This document shows, piece by piece, positions 27,276 through 37,296 of a stretch of DNA of 64,000 nucleotides (position 1 is the stretch's first letter; each line of letters begins with the position of its first letter). The stretch covers positions 95,309 to 159,308 of the forward strand of contig CAZNUU010000001.1 of assembly GCA_964576615.1 (NCBI GenBank). The letters are read 5' to 3'. A model generated the notes under the pieces. It saw only the letters and a program-made list of their open reading frames with translations. It did no database searches and was not told where the DNA came from. The position numbers were made by a program, and so were the translations under genes. The DNA is from an uncultured Candidatus Saccharibacteria bacterium. Its GTDB lineage: Bacteria > Patescibacteriota > Minisyncoccia > Phycocordibacterales > DATDWN01.

Positions 27276-28517
27276 CTATTTTGAAAGAATTTCTAAAGCT
27301 TTTTCCATCTGGGTATCCGTACCTTTCTTAAACAAATCCTCATCCAGTTTTACAACTACATCCGGAGTTAGACCTTGGTGCGAAATAGAAATCCCGTTTG
27401 GAGTAAGCCATCTTGCTACAGTTACCTTGAGCGAAGTCTTGTCAGTAATATCAACTAATTCCTGAACCGAACCTTTGCCAAAGGACTGCACTCCAACAAG
27501 TTTTGCCACGCCGTGATCATGCAGGGCACCAGAGAGAATCTCCGATGCACTAGCTGAACCGCCATCAATTAGGACCACTAGTTTTAGTTTGTCGCTGAAA
27601 ATATTGTAACCTTTGCTCCTGAAAATCTGATTCTCGGCTTTGTTTCTAAAGTCTTCCTGAACAATCACCTGCCCGGTTGGTAAAAACCAAGATGCCATAT
27701 CTTGGGCTGCTTCGAGGTAACCCCCGGGGTTGCCTCTCAAGTCTATGATCAATTTATACTTCCCGGACTGAACAAAATCACGCAAGGCATTTCGGAAAAG
27801 ATTTGGTGAAATAGCCGAGAAACTATAAAGGTGGATTACAAAAACATCTCCTTTCGTTTCTGTATCAACTGTCGGCATATTTATAACATCTCGTGTAATG
27901 CTAAGCTCAAATGGTTCCTTCACCCCTGCTCTCGCGAATGTAATTTTAACTGTTGTACCTTTTTTACCCCGGATAAGTTTTATGGCCTCCTCTGTGTTAA
28001 GAGAGCTAGTAACTGTATCATCAATTTTAAGAACTTGATCTCCAGCTTTTACCCCCGCCCTGTAAGCCGGCGTATCTTTTATTGGAGCAATAACTGTTAA
28101 GACTCCATCCTTCATCCCAACTTCCATACCAATCCCTTCGATAGTACCGCTTATTTCCTCGTTGAAACTTTTAGATTCTGCAGGTGGAAAAAAGATAGTA
28201 TATGGATCACCTAATGACGAGACCATCCCCGATATCGCGCCGTAAACTCTGGTCTGATCATCTACTTTTTCCGGCGTAGTGCTGCTGGATGGCAGATATT
28301 TTTCATTAATTATATTCCAAGCTTTCCAGAAAGGCGCAAAATCAACCTGGCTAGAGGAGGTATCGTCCTTGTTTATTATTGTGCTAATTTTGGACTCAGC
28401 TGGTAAATTGTTTTTGCCAGTATAAAAACCAGAAACAAACGCCCCCACTACAAGTAGGAGGGTTACAATTACATACGAGCGATATTTCGGAAAATCCGTC
28501 ATTAATTTTATCCGCAC
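27276..28517 (-). CDS. ctpA: Carboxyl-terminal processing protease (S41 family) with PDZ domain
   Basis: PDZ segment, LRGNPGGYL motif, catalytic Ser GSASASEIL and Lys FGKGS. Confidence 0.85.
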   Translation of the reverse strand: MRIKLMTDFPKYRSYVIVTLLLVVGAFVSGFYTGKNNLPAESKISTIINKDDTSSSQVDFAPFWKAWNIINEKYLPSSSTTPEKVDDQTRVYGAISGMVSSLGDPYTIFFPPAESKSFNEEISGTIEGIGMEVGMKDGVLTVIAPIKDTPAYRAGVKAGDQVLKIDDTVTSSLNTEEAIKLIRGKKGTTVKITFARAGVKEPFELSITRDVINMPTVDTETKGDVFVIHLYSFSAISPNLFRNALRDFVQSGKYKLIIDLRGNPGGYLEAAQDMASWFLPTGQVIVQEDFRNKAENQIFRSKGYNIFSDKLKLVVLIDGGSASASEILSGALHDHGVAKLVGVQSFGKGSVQELVDITDKTSLKVTVARWLTPNGISISHQGLTPDVVVKLDEDLFKKGTDTQMEKALEILSK

Positions 28518-28694
28518 ACTAAATTTGGCTTAGTTGCAGGTGTTTTGTAAAGATTGAATAAATTGTGTTTTTGTCAAGAATCACAGACATACAACGCATA
28601 GGTAATTGGCAACAAAAACACGAAGCTAAAATTAGTGTGCGGATTAATTATCTCACCCTATTAAAGTTTTTTCAACAACAAAATCTCGTCGAGT

Positions 28695-28846
28695 CATGTT
28701 TCGAGGAGAGCCTTGAGAGCGCACTTTCGCAATCACGAGGTGAGAAGCGGAGCTTCGCAAGACCTTGAGCACGTAGTAGCGAAAGGTGTACAGCTTCTGT
28801 AAGAAGATTTTTAGCAAGAAAATATCCGTGCTCTCTGAGAAACATG
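28695..28846 (+). repeat. Dispersed structured repeat, copy 1 (modules A-B-C, 152 nt)
   Basis: Near-identical to 54716..54867. The outer arms CATGTTTCGAGGAGAGC and GCTCTCTGAGAAACATG are largely complementary. A 67-nt core B (28741..28807) is shared with 47147..47213. Confidence 0.6.
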
Positions 28847-28899
28847 ATGAGAAAGAGATTCCGATTGTGGTCTAATATTTCATACGATATAATTTAAAG

Positions 28900-29820
28900 A
28901 TGGTAAACGAGTACAAATACGAGAATGAGAAGTGGATTGATATTGACCACGGTACACCTGAAGAAATCCACAGAATTATGGACCAGTATGGTATTCACCC
29001 CTTTGTTGCCAAAGAACTTACCTCTGCCACCCCCAAGCCCAGAATAGAAGTTCATGATAAATATATCTATTGTATCCTCCATTTCCCAGCTTGGAAGCAC
29101 ACTCACGCCAAAGAAAATAAAAACCAAGAAGTCGATTTCATAATCGGCCGCGATACTCTAATAACCGCTAGATATGACACTATCGACGCCCTCCACAAAC
29201 TCTCCAAGGACTTGGAGGTAAACGAAATCTTGGGTGGGACATACACCAAGAGAGCCAAGAGTCATATTATTTTCGTCAGCATGCTAAGGACTTTGTATGA
29301 ATCACTTTTTCAAGAACTAGAATATGTGGAAGATTTGACAGATGATATCACTAGCAGGATTTTTAAGGGTGAGGAAAAAAAGATGGTGGTTACAATTTCT
29401 CATGTCACCAGAACTCTTCTTAATTTCAAAAAAACAACAGACTTACATCACGAAATCCTGGAGGAACTTAACAATCGTGGCAAGGAAATGTTCGGTGCTG
29501 AATTTTCAAGGGAGATTGAAAATATAATTCTGGAATATCTCAAAATAAATACGAACATAAGGTCAAACCTCGACATGTTACGAGAACTTCGGGATACCAA
29601 TAACTCACTTTTGACATCGAAGCAAAATGAAACAGTCAAACAATTGACTGTTGTTGGCGCAACACTTCTCCCCCTCAACCTTCTCTCCTGGATATTCGCT
29701 ATGAGAGTCGGAGGCCTGCCTCTAGTTGATAATCCTGCAGGATTCTCTATTGTTATTGGGATGATGCTTGTTTCTGCACTGGTTACCTTAGTCTTTGCGC
29801 GCCATCAAAAATGGATATGA
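28900..29820 (+). CDS. CorA-like divalent cation transporter (degenerate GMN motif)
   Basis: Cytoplasmic domain plus two C-terminal TM helices. AMR stands where the GMN motif is expected (WIFAMRVGG). Confidence 0.6.
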   Translation: MVNEYKYENEKWIDIDHGTPEEIHRIMDQYGIHPFVAKELTSATPKPRIEVHDKYIYCILHFPAWKHTHAKENKNQEVDFIIGRDTLITARYDTIDALHKLSKDLEVNEILGGTYTKRAKSHIIFVSMLRTLYESLFQELEYVEDLTDDITSRIFKGEEKKMVVTISHVTRTLLNFKKTTDLHHEILEELNNRGKEMFGAEFSREIENIILEYLKINTNIRSNLDMLRELRDTNNSLLTSKQNETVKQLTVVGATLLPLNLLSWIFAMRVGGLPLVDNPAGFSIVIGMMLVSALVTLVFARHQKWI

Positions 29821-29948
29821 GACAAGTAAAATTGCATCATCTGCGTTGTTGTAGTTCAATTTTGCTCGTTCACCTTATTACGTATAAGGCTCACTCGCAA
29901 AATCTCCTACGCCTAGCATCTAAAGCAATTTAATTTATCTCATAAAAA

Positions 29949-31322
29949 ATGGATATACACCTAAACAACACCTTAACTGGAGAAAAAGAGGTCTTTAAGC
30001 CGCTAAAAAATGGCTCTGTTTCAATGTATACTTGCGGGCCGACAGTTTACAACTATGCCCATGTCGGCAATCTACGCAGTTATATTTTTGCAGATATCCT
30101 AAGACGAACTCTGGAATACAGTGGTTACAAAGTAAAACAAGTTGTAAACATTACTGATATTGGTCATCTAGCGAGTGATGCGGACGATGGCGAAGATAAA
30201 ATGACAAAGGCCCTGAAGCGTGAAGGTAAACCGCTTACATTGAAAGCGATGCGTGAAGTTGCAGATTTTTATTTTGGAGAATTTAAAAAAGATTTAGAAA
30301 GTTTAAATATAGAACTCCCAGAAACTTTCCCTTTTGCCAGCGAGCATATTTCTGAAGATATAGATATCGTGCAGGAACTTATAAAAAAAGATTTTACTTA
30401 CAACATATCGGATGGCATTTATTTCGATACCAGCAAATTTCCTGATTACGGCAAACTTGGCAATACTAGAGCTGGTTTCGGGGGTGAGGAATCCCGTACT
30501 GGTTTAAATCCTGAGAAGAAAAATCAAAGAGATTTTGCTATTTGGAAATTTAACAGTGAACTTGGCTACGATGCGCCTTTTGGCAAAGGTTTTCCTGGTT
30601 GGCATATCGAGTGTTCTGCCATGTCCCGAAAATATCTTGGCCAACCTTTTGATATTCACACTGGTGGGATCGATCACATTCCTACTCACCACACAAACGA
30701 GATTGCTCAATCCGAAGCAGCATATGGCGTGCCCCTTGCCAACTATTGGCTTCATAATGCGCATTACAATATTGGTGAAGGTAAGATGGCCAAGTCTGGT
30801 GAGAATTTTATACGACTTGAATCATTGCGAGAAAAAGGTGTTGACCCTTTGGCTCTAAGATACTTATATTTAACTGCCAGATATTCTTCACCAATACAAT
30901 TTAGCTGGGAAGCACTGGAGGGTGCACAGTCCGCCTGGAAGAAGTTAAGAACTTTTGTTGGCGGAGAAGTTGGGAATGTAAAAATTAATAATGATTATAA
31001 AAATAAATTTTTGGAGTTAATTAACGATGATCTTGATACACCAAAAGCACTAGCTTTGGTTTGGGATATTTTGAAAGACGAGAAATTGAGCGAGGATGAA
31101 AAAAAAGCTTTAGTTCTGGATTTCGATAAAGTTCTGGGCTTAAAACTAGATGAGAAAAACAAATTTGAAATACCTGAAAAAGTTAAGAAACTTTTACTGG
31201 AACGTGACAAGGCAAGAGAGAATAAGGATTTTGAGAAAAGCGACAAACTGAGAGTTGAAATTGAATCGCTTGGTTTTGAAGTAAAAGATACTACAGAAGG
31301 TACTGTGCTCGAGCCCAAATAG
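29949..31322 (+). CDS. cysS: Cysteine--tRNA ligase
   Basis: MYTCGPTVYNYAHVGN (HIGH-type) and KMAKSG (KMSKS) motifs. Zn-binding Cys present. Confidence 0.95.
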   Translation: MDIHLNNTLTGEKEVFKPLKNGSVSMYTCGPTVYNYAHVGNLRSYIFADILRRTLEYSGYKVKQVVNITDIGHLASDADDGEDKMTKALKREGKPLTLKAMREVADFYFGEFKKDLESLNIELPETFPFASEHISEDIDIVQELIKKDFTYNISDGIYFDTSKFPDYGKLGNTRAGFGGEESRTGLNPEKKNQRDFAIWKFNSELGYDAPFGKGFPGWHIECSAMSRKYLGQPFDIHTGGIDHIPTHHTNEIAQSEAAYGVPLANYWLHNAHYNIGEGKMAKSGENFIRLESLREKGVDPLALRYLYLTARYSSPIQFSWEALEGAQSAWKKLRTFVGGEVGNVKINNDYKNKFLELINDDLDTPKALALVWDILKDEKLSEDEKKALVLDFDKVLGLKLDEKNKFEIPEKVKKLLLERDKARENKDFEKSDKLRVEIESLGFEVKDTTEGTVLEPK

Positions 31323-31373
31323 GCTTGATTTTTGAGAAAAAGTATGTTTATATAGTATCAGAGGTGAGTCAAA

Positions 31374-31883
31374 ATGCTAAGAGAGGGCCATTTAATCGCT
31401 GTCTGCAAGAGCAACCATGGCGGCTTGTACAAGGTGCCATGCGAAGGAGCAATCATCGACCCGTTCGGACTTCGCGGCGATTTTCATTGCCGTGAAAGGT
31501 ATTCCAGATTCCCTGGGATCTGGAAGGAGAACACCGATCGCCACATTCTCATCCTGGGGTGGGAAGCGATCGCGGCAGTGAACGAAGAGCTTGGCCTTGA
31601 TCCGCCACTCGTATTCGGCACTCTGGCCGAGAATTTCACTTCTTACGGCTTGGGTGACCTCTCAGACGTGCTGCCGGGCAGCAAGGTCATCATCCGTGGT
31701 CGTATTGAGTTGCGGGTGACCAAACAGAACAAGCCGTGTGGAAATACGGCTGTCCTTCATCCACTCTTCAATCGCACCATTTACAACAACGAGAAGAAGC
31801 GACGAGGAATCCTCTGCGCAGTTGTAAGGGGCGTGGGAGAGCACGTCGCACCAGGCGATGAGATCACCATCATTTCCCCGTAA
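31374..31883 (+). CDS. MOSC domain protein (GC-rich cassette)
   Basis: AENFTSYGLGDL...RIELRVTKQNKPCGN...GDEITI follows the MOSC beta-barrel pattern. GAGGTGA SD. Terminator downstream. Confidence 0.7.
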   Translation: MLREGHLIAVCKSNHGGLYKVPCEGAIIDPFGLRGDFHCRERYSRFPGIWKENTDRHILILGWEAIAAVNEELGLDPPLVFGTLAENFTSYGLGDLSDVLPGSKVIIRGRIELRVTKQNKPCGNTAVLHPLFNRTIYNNEKKRRGILCAVVRGVGEHVAPGDEITIISP

Positions 31884-31885
31884 AA

Positions 31886-31921
31886 GACGGGTACGCCGGC
31901 CATCGCGGTCGGCGTTTTACT
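31886..31921 (+). terminator. Intrinsic terminator
   Basis: ACGCCGGCC-ATCGC-GGTCGGCGT imperfect stem followed by TTTTACTTT. Confidence 0.5.
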
Positions 31922-32004
31922 TTCCCCACATTCCTAACAGCTTGTTCTATATTTGCAGAGTTGTTGCTATTTAGTCTGGTGGTAAAATATAAGTAATACC
32001 CCGT

Positions 32005-33396
32005 ATGCCCCAAACAATAATAACTCAAACCATCCAAAATCGACTCAGGATTCCTCCCCAAAACCTGGAGGCTGAAATGGCTCTTCTTGGTTCCGTCATG
32101 CTTCGTCCTGACGCGCTCTATGATATTTCCGAAATTGTAACTGCAGATTCTTTTTATTCCGAAAAACACAGGATTATTTTTGAAACGATGATGGAACTCC
32201 TATCTAAGCGCTCCCCGATCGACCTTTTATCTATTTCATCCAAACTCTCCGAAAAGGGCTGGCTAGACCAAATCGGCGGGAACACATATTTAACCGAGAT
32301 CGTAAATTCAGTTCCGTCCTCTAGTAACGCTCAGTACTACGCTCTCATTGTTCAGAAGAAATACATGATGAGAAGGCTAATCGAAGCAGCTGATCATATT
32401 TCCCAAATTGGTTATGACGAAGTAAAAGAGCTAGAAGAAATGCTCGACAGTGCTGAAAAAAAACTTTTTGAAGTTACCAATTTTAATACCTCCCACAAAT
32501 TTATTCCGATTAAAGATGAGTTAGCCGAGGCCTGGGAGAGACTAGATAGACTGCATACCCACGGCAATGCTTTGCGAGGAATTCCGACTGGTTTTCAGGA
32601 TTTAGATAATAGAATTTCCGGACTTCAGAAATCTGATCTCATTATTTTGGCCGGCAGACCAAGTACGGGCAAGACTTCCCTAGCGCTAGACATTGCCCGT
32701 CAATCTGCTGTAAATCACAACAGCCATGTTGGAATTTTTTCTTTAGAGATGAGCTCGCAGCAACTGGTAGATAGAATGCTGGCTGCCCAATCCAATGTAG
32801 ATGCCTGGAAAATGAGGACAGGGACTCTCTCTAGGCAAAACGATTTTGAAGCCATCCGCGAATCGCTCGATAAACTAAATAAAGCTCCGATTTATATTGA
32901 TGACCAGCCTGGAAACAATATTTTGAAAATGAGATCAATCGCTAGAAGGCTAAAAAGCGAGAAGGGGCTCGATCTTATTGTCGTAGACTACTTACAACTC
33001 ATGGTGCCGACAAACACAAAAAGCGATAACGTTGTCCAGCAAGTAACCGAAATTTCTCACTCCTTAAAAAATCTAGCTCGGGAACTAGATGTTCCTGTTC
33101 TCGCTCTCTCTCAGCTTTCTCGTGCAGTCGAGCAGCGTGGGGGCAGGCCTCGTCTTTCGGACCTGAGGGATTCGGGAACAATTGAGCAGGACGCAGATCT
33201 TGTTATTTTCATCCATCGGGAAGATAGATACAAAGAACAAGAAGAGAAAACGAATATTGTCGAATTACTCATTGAGAAACACAGAAACGGCGAGACAGGT
33301 AAAGTGGAACTATTTTTCAACGATAAAAAGGCCACCTTCCAGTCCATGGATAAATCAAAATACGGCGGCGCTGAAAAGGAGTTCAGTGATTTCTAA
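32005..33396 (+). CDS. dnaB: Replicative DNA helicase DnaB
   Basis: PPQNLEAEMALLGSVM N-terminus, Walker A GRPSTGKTSLAL and a RecA-like C-terminal domain. Confidence 0.9.
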   Translation: MPQTIITQTIQNRLRIPPQNLEAEMALLGSVMLRPDALYDISEIVTADSFYSEKHRIIFETMMELLSKRSPIDLLSISSKLSEKGWLDQIGGNTYLTEIVNSVPSSSNAQYYALIVQKKYMMRRLIEAADHISQIGYDEVKELEEMLDSAEKKLFEVTNFNTSHKFIPIKDELAEAWERLDRLHTHGNALRGIPTGFQDLDNRISGLQKSDLIILAGRPSTGKTSLALDIARQSAVNHNSHVGIFSLEMSSQQLVDRMLAAQSNVDAWKMRTGTLSRQNDFEAIRESLDKLNKAPIYIDDQPGNNILKMRSIARRLKSEKGLDLIVVDYLQLMVPTNTKSDNVVQQVTEISHSLKNLARELDVPVLALSQLSRAVEQRGGRPRLSDLRDSGTIEQDADLVIFIHREDRYKEQEEKTNIVELLIEKHRNGETGKVELFFNDKKATFQSMDKSKYGGAEKEFSDF

Positions 33397-33408
33397 ACTA
33401 ATCAAAAC

Positions 33409-33436
33409 GCCACCTATTCCTAGGTGGCGTTGGCCG
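33409..33436 (+). terminator. Intrinsic terminator of dnaB
   Basis: AACGCCACCTA-TTCC-TAGGTGGCGTT 11-bp stem. Confidence 0.6.
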
Positions 33437-33474
33437 GTGTCAAAATCCACCGACCAACTTGCGCTTAGCGGCTT

Positions 33475-34197
33475 CTAGCGAGGCCCGCTAATTAGTTTTC
33501 TTATTGCTTCTCTGAACTCGGGACACTGAGGCTTGTCGCCGCAACCCTTGAGAATCCCATCGAGTCTCTCAAAGTCGTGCATCATCGGGAATCCATTGGC
33601 CACCATTGGCCTAACGGCTTCTAGACTTGCACGTGAATAGGCCCTCACCTCCTCGTCCAAATGATCTCCCTTCTTCATGATCGAATCCATCTCTGGACCG
33701 AGTTCTAGGTGCACTGTCTCGTGGTAGAAAGCAACCACGAAAGCAGCGAAGAACTTCTCTGCACTTACCTGGTGCGCACCAGGAAAAAGATTGGCGGCAT
33801 GCACAATAATCCTGGGAACTGACCCGCGATAGCCCGAAGACATCATCGCAGTCTTGTTGTACAGATCATCCTTTATGTTGATCTCCAGTGAAAGTGCCTT
33901 ACCTTGTGACATCCCCACGATCCCAGATATACGGTTCTTGACCATCGCGGGTAAACGGTCTGACCAAGGATTGCTCGTGAGAATGAGACCAAGTTCTTCT
34001 TGCACTTTTGTGTAAACGAACTGAGCTTCCTGGTCTGAAACGACCTCATTCTTGCTACTCACCGTCTTGCTCGAACGAACATACAGAAGAGCCGGCAGTC
34101 CCACCATGAGCATGGCTGACAGGATCACCAGATAGTAACCCTGGCGACACCTCTTTCCAGCGGCGCTCTGCCTCGCCTTTTTACTTTTTGATGCCAT
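33475..34197 (-). CDS. Membrane-anchored HExxH-motif protein (putative metallopeptidase-like), GC-intermediate cassette
   Basis: N-terminal TM helix. VVAFYHETVHLE contains HExxH. GGAGGTG SD present (the ORF track start is a GTG lying inside the SD). Confidence 0.5.
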   Translation of the reverse strand: MASKSKKARQSAAGKRCRQGYYLVILSAMLMVGLPALLYVRSSKTVSSKNEVVSDQEAQFVYTKVQEELGLILTSNPWSDRLPAMVKNRISGIVGMSQGKALSLEINIKDDLYNKTAMMSSGYRGSVPRIIVHAANLFPGAHQVSAEKFFAAFVVAFYHETVHLELGPEMDSIMKKGDHLDEEVRAYSRASLEAVRPMVANGFPMMHDFERLDGILKGCGDKPQCPEFREAIRKLISGPR

Positions 34198-34246
34198 TGG
34201 CACCTCCTATTTAAACTGTAGCACAAATACCCTGATATGTAAATAC

Positions 34247-35143
34247 CTATTCTAAGGCCAGCAATAGCACGTGGTGAACGAAATCTTTTGTAGATAGGCC
34301 GACAAAATCCATTGATTTTAGGGCGAGAGATTTTTCAGTGAGTTTAGGTAGAGAGTTAACTTCCAGAAAGTAAATTCCCCTTTTTGGAGAAACAATGAAA
34401 TCCGACTGAGAATACTGGCCGAGCCCCAGAATCTCGTGAATTCTTCTAGCTAGATTTTCAACTTCTAGGGCTTCTTCTTTTTTCAATTGCTTGGTTGGAG
34501 GAAATGCATAAATATCTTGTCCCCGAAATTTATTCAAAACAAGACAGGAGACAGAATGCCCAGGGATAAATTCCTCCACAATTGCATTACCATGATCTGA
34601 CATAACTGTCTGGAGTGCCCCAACGAGATCAGGCAAAGTCTCGACAATTGCAAAACCGAAAGCTGAGCCGCCCCTTGAAGGTTTAACCACGAGCGGATGT
34701 GTAATCGAATTCCATATTTCTCTTGCCCTTCTTTTAAACGAACCGCTCGTACGAACCAAAAAACCAATGGGCGTTTTTATGCCTCCAGAAATTGCATGTT
34801 CCTTGGAAAGCCACTTATTCATAGCCACCATTGAGGCATACTTTGGAGAACCTGTATACCTAACCCCATGAGTATCTAGAATAGTTTGAACTCCCCCATC
34901 TTCCCCATAGGTACCATGTAAAGCATTGAAAACAACATCCACATTTCTTAAAATCCTTTCCGGCGGACGCTCTAGACCCTGCATGTGCCATCTGCCGTCG
35001 CTAGAAATAAAAATATCAATAGGTCTGTGAGTTTCAGATAAAATATTTAAAACATTTTGGCCGCTCTTCAAAGAGAGATCATACTCAGGAGAAGGTCCTC
35101 CGCGCAAAACTCCGATACGTAATGAACGAGGTAAAACTTCCAT
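34247..35143 (-). CDS. ddl: D-alanine--D-alanine ligase
   Basis: IGVLRGGPSPEYDLSL, HGTYGEDGGVQTILD and the ATP-grasp C-terminus. Start placed at the internal Met MEVLPR. Confidence 0.85.
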   Translation of the reverse strand: MEVLPRSLRIGVLRGGPSPEYDLSLKSGQNVLNILSETHRPIDIFISSDGRWHMQGLERPPERILRNVDVVFNALHGTYGEDGGVQTILDTHGVRYTGSPKYASMVAMNKWLSKEHAISGGIKTPIGFLVRTSGSFKRRAREIWNSITHPLVVKPSRGGSAFGFAIVETLPDLVGALQTVMSDHGNAIVEEFIPGHSVSCLVLNKFRGQDIYAFPPTKQLKKEEALEVENLARRIHEILGLGQYSQSDFIVSPKRGIYFLEVNSLPKLTEKSLALKSMDFVGLSTKDFVHHVLLLALE

Positions 35144-35500
35144 CCTATTAGTATAACAAAAAAATTTTACAGATAAAAAGAAAAGAGGCCCTGCAGTGAC
35201 GCGGAGCCCCCAACGTCCCCCAGAGGTGACGGTCAAGCTGCATGTCGAGTGGACACGCGATTTTGTGTTGTGGTGTCCTCGGCTTGCGCCCAGAACTCCT
35301 CGAGTTCATTTTCGGGTGTGACCCCGAACCTGAGACCCAAGACCTCAACCCATCCTCGCTGCGCCCATCGGCCGCTGCTTGAACCGTTCACTCCTGTGGA
35401 ACATTGACAACTATATACCCATGAAAAAATAAAGTCAACATTTTTTTACAACAGAAAACAAATTATTAATGTTTGTCAAAATATCTAAAATTTGTCGAAC

Positions 35501-35589
35501 CATGTTTCGAAGAGAGCCTTGCGAGCGCGACTGGCGCGAGCACGAGGAATTTTTCAGCAGAAAAATATCCGTGCTCTCTGAGAAATATG
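35501..35589 (+). repeat. Structured repeat, copy 2 (modules A-C only, core B absent)
   Basis: CATGTTTCGAAGAGAGCCTTGCGAGCGCGACTGGCGCGAGCACGAGG is joined directly to the C arm ...ATCCGTGCTCTCTGAGAAATATG. Confidence 0.5.
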
Positions 35590-35688
35590 GTGAGAAAAAA
35601 TTTTAGATATTCAGGTCTATAGTTCTTTCTCACACTTTTCTTTTTGGAAACACTCATCTTTTCCAGCGAAAAGACTCGTTCGGTCCTC

Positions 35689-35737
35689 GGCCTCTACTTG
35701 TCAAGAAAGGTGCCTTGACAAGACCATGCTAGAGGCC
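35689..35737. repeat. REP-like nested palindrome (inverted copy of 47109..47133)
   Basis: GGCCTCTA ... CTTGTCAAG-AAAGGTGC-CTTGACAAG ... TAGAGGCC. Confidence 0.4.
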
Positions 35738-35775
35738 TGCGGATGTTCCAAAAAGGAAAAGTGTTCAACGAAACC

Positions 35776-37014
35776 CTAGACCAACCTCTCTCTTAACTTT
35801 TTATGATACGAAATCCCAAACCTATGTGCTTCACTGTTAGAGAGAATTATTTCTCGCTCGCGATCTAACCATTTTTTATCCCCCAAAATTTGCTTCGGTC
35901 TATGATATTCATCTTTTACCACGGAAACGACTGGAACTTGTACATTGTTTTTAGCTAAGACTCTCTCCATCGCTCGCTTCTGGATAAGTCCCCCGTCTAC
36001 GACGATAAGATCCGGCATTCTCCATTCGATGTGCCCCAGACGCCTAGATAAAATCTCGGATAAAGCTTTGGTATCGTTTATACCCGGGTCTTCTTTTATT
36101 CTGAACTTACGGTATTCTGATAATTTTTTCTCCCCGTCCTCGACTACAGTCATTACCCCTACAACATTTGTTCCAGCCATGTGAGCAATATCATACGACT
36201 CTATTCGAAAACCAGCTAAAGAGAGGAGTGAATCCTCCTTTATAAGAGAGATATCCTGGATATGTTTTAATGAGAATAAAGTACGTTTAGTAATGTTAGC
36301 TTTTTCGAATTCTTTTTTCTTTGCAAAACCTCTCATTTGTTTCTCAAGGTTTTTCACCAAGCGTTTTTTGTTGCCTTCAAAAAATAAAACTATATTTTCA
36401 ATTTGTCTTGCATAATCCTCCTGTGAAATTTCTCCAGTGCACACCCCAGGGCAAAGTCCAATCTGGCGATTAAAACATGGCTTAGGGGGTTGTTTTTTCT
36501 GCTCTGGGGCTGGGGTGCACTTCTCATCCCTGTATGGAAACATTTTACGAATTATCTTTAGCCCCTCCCGAAGCTGACCCCCGTTCGGAAACGGCCCGAA
36601 TGATTTTAGTATTTTCAGCCCAGAGATATTTTTTGTCTTAAGTAATTCGCGTCCACGAATAATTATCAGCTTCGGATAATCTTCTTTGGTTATAATCACA
36701 AAATTAAAACTCCTATTATCTTTCTCCTTTACATTGGCCTCTGGCTGAATTTTTTTTATAAGGTTTGCCTCCAAGATCAATGCCTCCAAGACTGAATCTG
36801 TTTTTATGTGTTCGATCGTATCAAATTGCAAAAGCATCTTAGATATGAGCGGGCCGCGAGTTGCTTCGATATCACCATTAAAATAACTTTTTACTCTATC
36901 CCGCAAAGATGTTGCTTTCCCGATATATAGTATTTTTTGTCCACGCTTAAAAATATACACTCCTGGGGAATCGGGTAAACTGGTTATTTTCTTTTTTTTG
37001 TTTATACTTGACAT
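35776..37014 (-). CDS. uvrC: Excinuclease ABC subunit C (short form, no C-terminal HhH)
   Basis: GIY-YIG motifs GVYIFKRG...ILYIGKATSLRDRV, a UvrB-interacting region and an RNase-H-like endonuclease domain. Confidence 0.85.
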   Translation of the reverse strand: MSSINKKKKITSLPDSPGVYIFKRGQKILYIGKATSLRDRVKSYFNGDIEATRGPLISKMLLQFDTIEHIKTDSVLEALILEANLIKKIQPEANVKEKDNRSFNFVIITKEDYPKLIIIRGRELLKTKNISGLKILKSFGPFPNGGQLREGLKIIRKMFPYRDEKCTPAPEQKKQPPKPCFNRQIGLCPGVCTGEISQEDYARQIENIVLFFEGNKKRLVKNLEKQMRGFAKKKEFEKANITKRTLFSLKHIQDISLIKEDSLLSLAGFRIESYDIAHMAGTNVVGVMTVVEDGEKKLSEYRKFRIKEDPGINDTKALSEILSRRLGHIEWRMPDLIVVDGGLIQKRAMERVLAKNNVQVPVVSVVKDEYHRPKQILGDKKWLDREREIILSNSEAHRFGISYHKKLRERLV

Positions 37015-37053
37015 TTATACTTTAGTATGCTACTATCAAAGTGGGAGGTTTTC

Positions 37054-37248
37054 ATGACCGAAAAAGAGTCGAAAGAAGTTTCAGCCCTCGTCTTCATCCT
37101 GCTGCTGTGCTCCTTCGTTGGCCTTGCGGTTCACTACCAGACCTACGGAATTGCAGCTGGAATCGCCGTCTTCACCATCATTGGCGGAATCGGCGAGGTC
37201 GGGGCGTCCATCGAAAGGAAGCTGGACGAGCTCAAGCAGCCCAAGTAG
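37054..37248 (+). CDS. Small two-helix membrane protein (GC-rich cassette)
   Basis: TTGACA-17-TACTAT promoter. GGGAGG SD 4 nt before ATG 37054. Confidence 0.45.
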   Translation: MTEKESKEVSALVFILLLCSFVGLAVHYQTYGIAAGIAVFTIIGGIGEVGASIERKLDELKQPK

Positions 37249-37296
37249 TTCCACGTAGGCGTCGGGTAACCCCCGGCACCTTGTCTATTTTACACC

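Noticed and set aside
28565-28768. 67-aa plus-strand ORF (and 35466..35657 minus) lying over the structured repeats
   Set aside because: Their sequence is explained by the repeat family. Copies differ by compensatory stem changes rather than synonymous changes, so the region is more likely RNA or a repeat than coding.
28838-28853. CTGATGAG-like hammerhead motif at the 3' arm of repeat copy 1
   Set aside because: The motif is absent from copies 2 and 3 (GGTGAG there). It is not a conserved ribozyme core.
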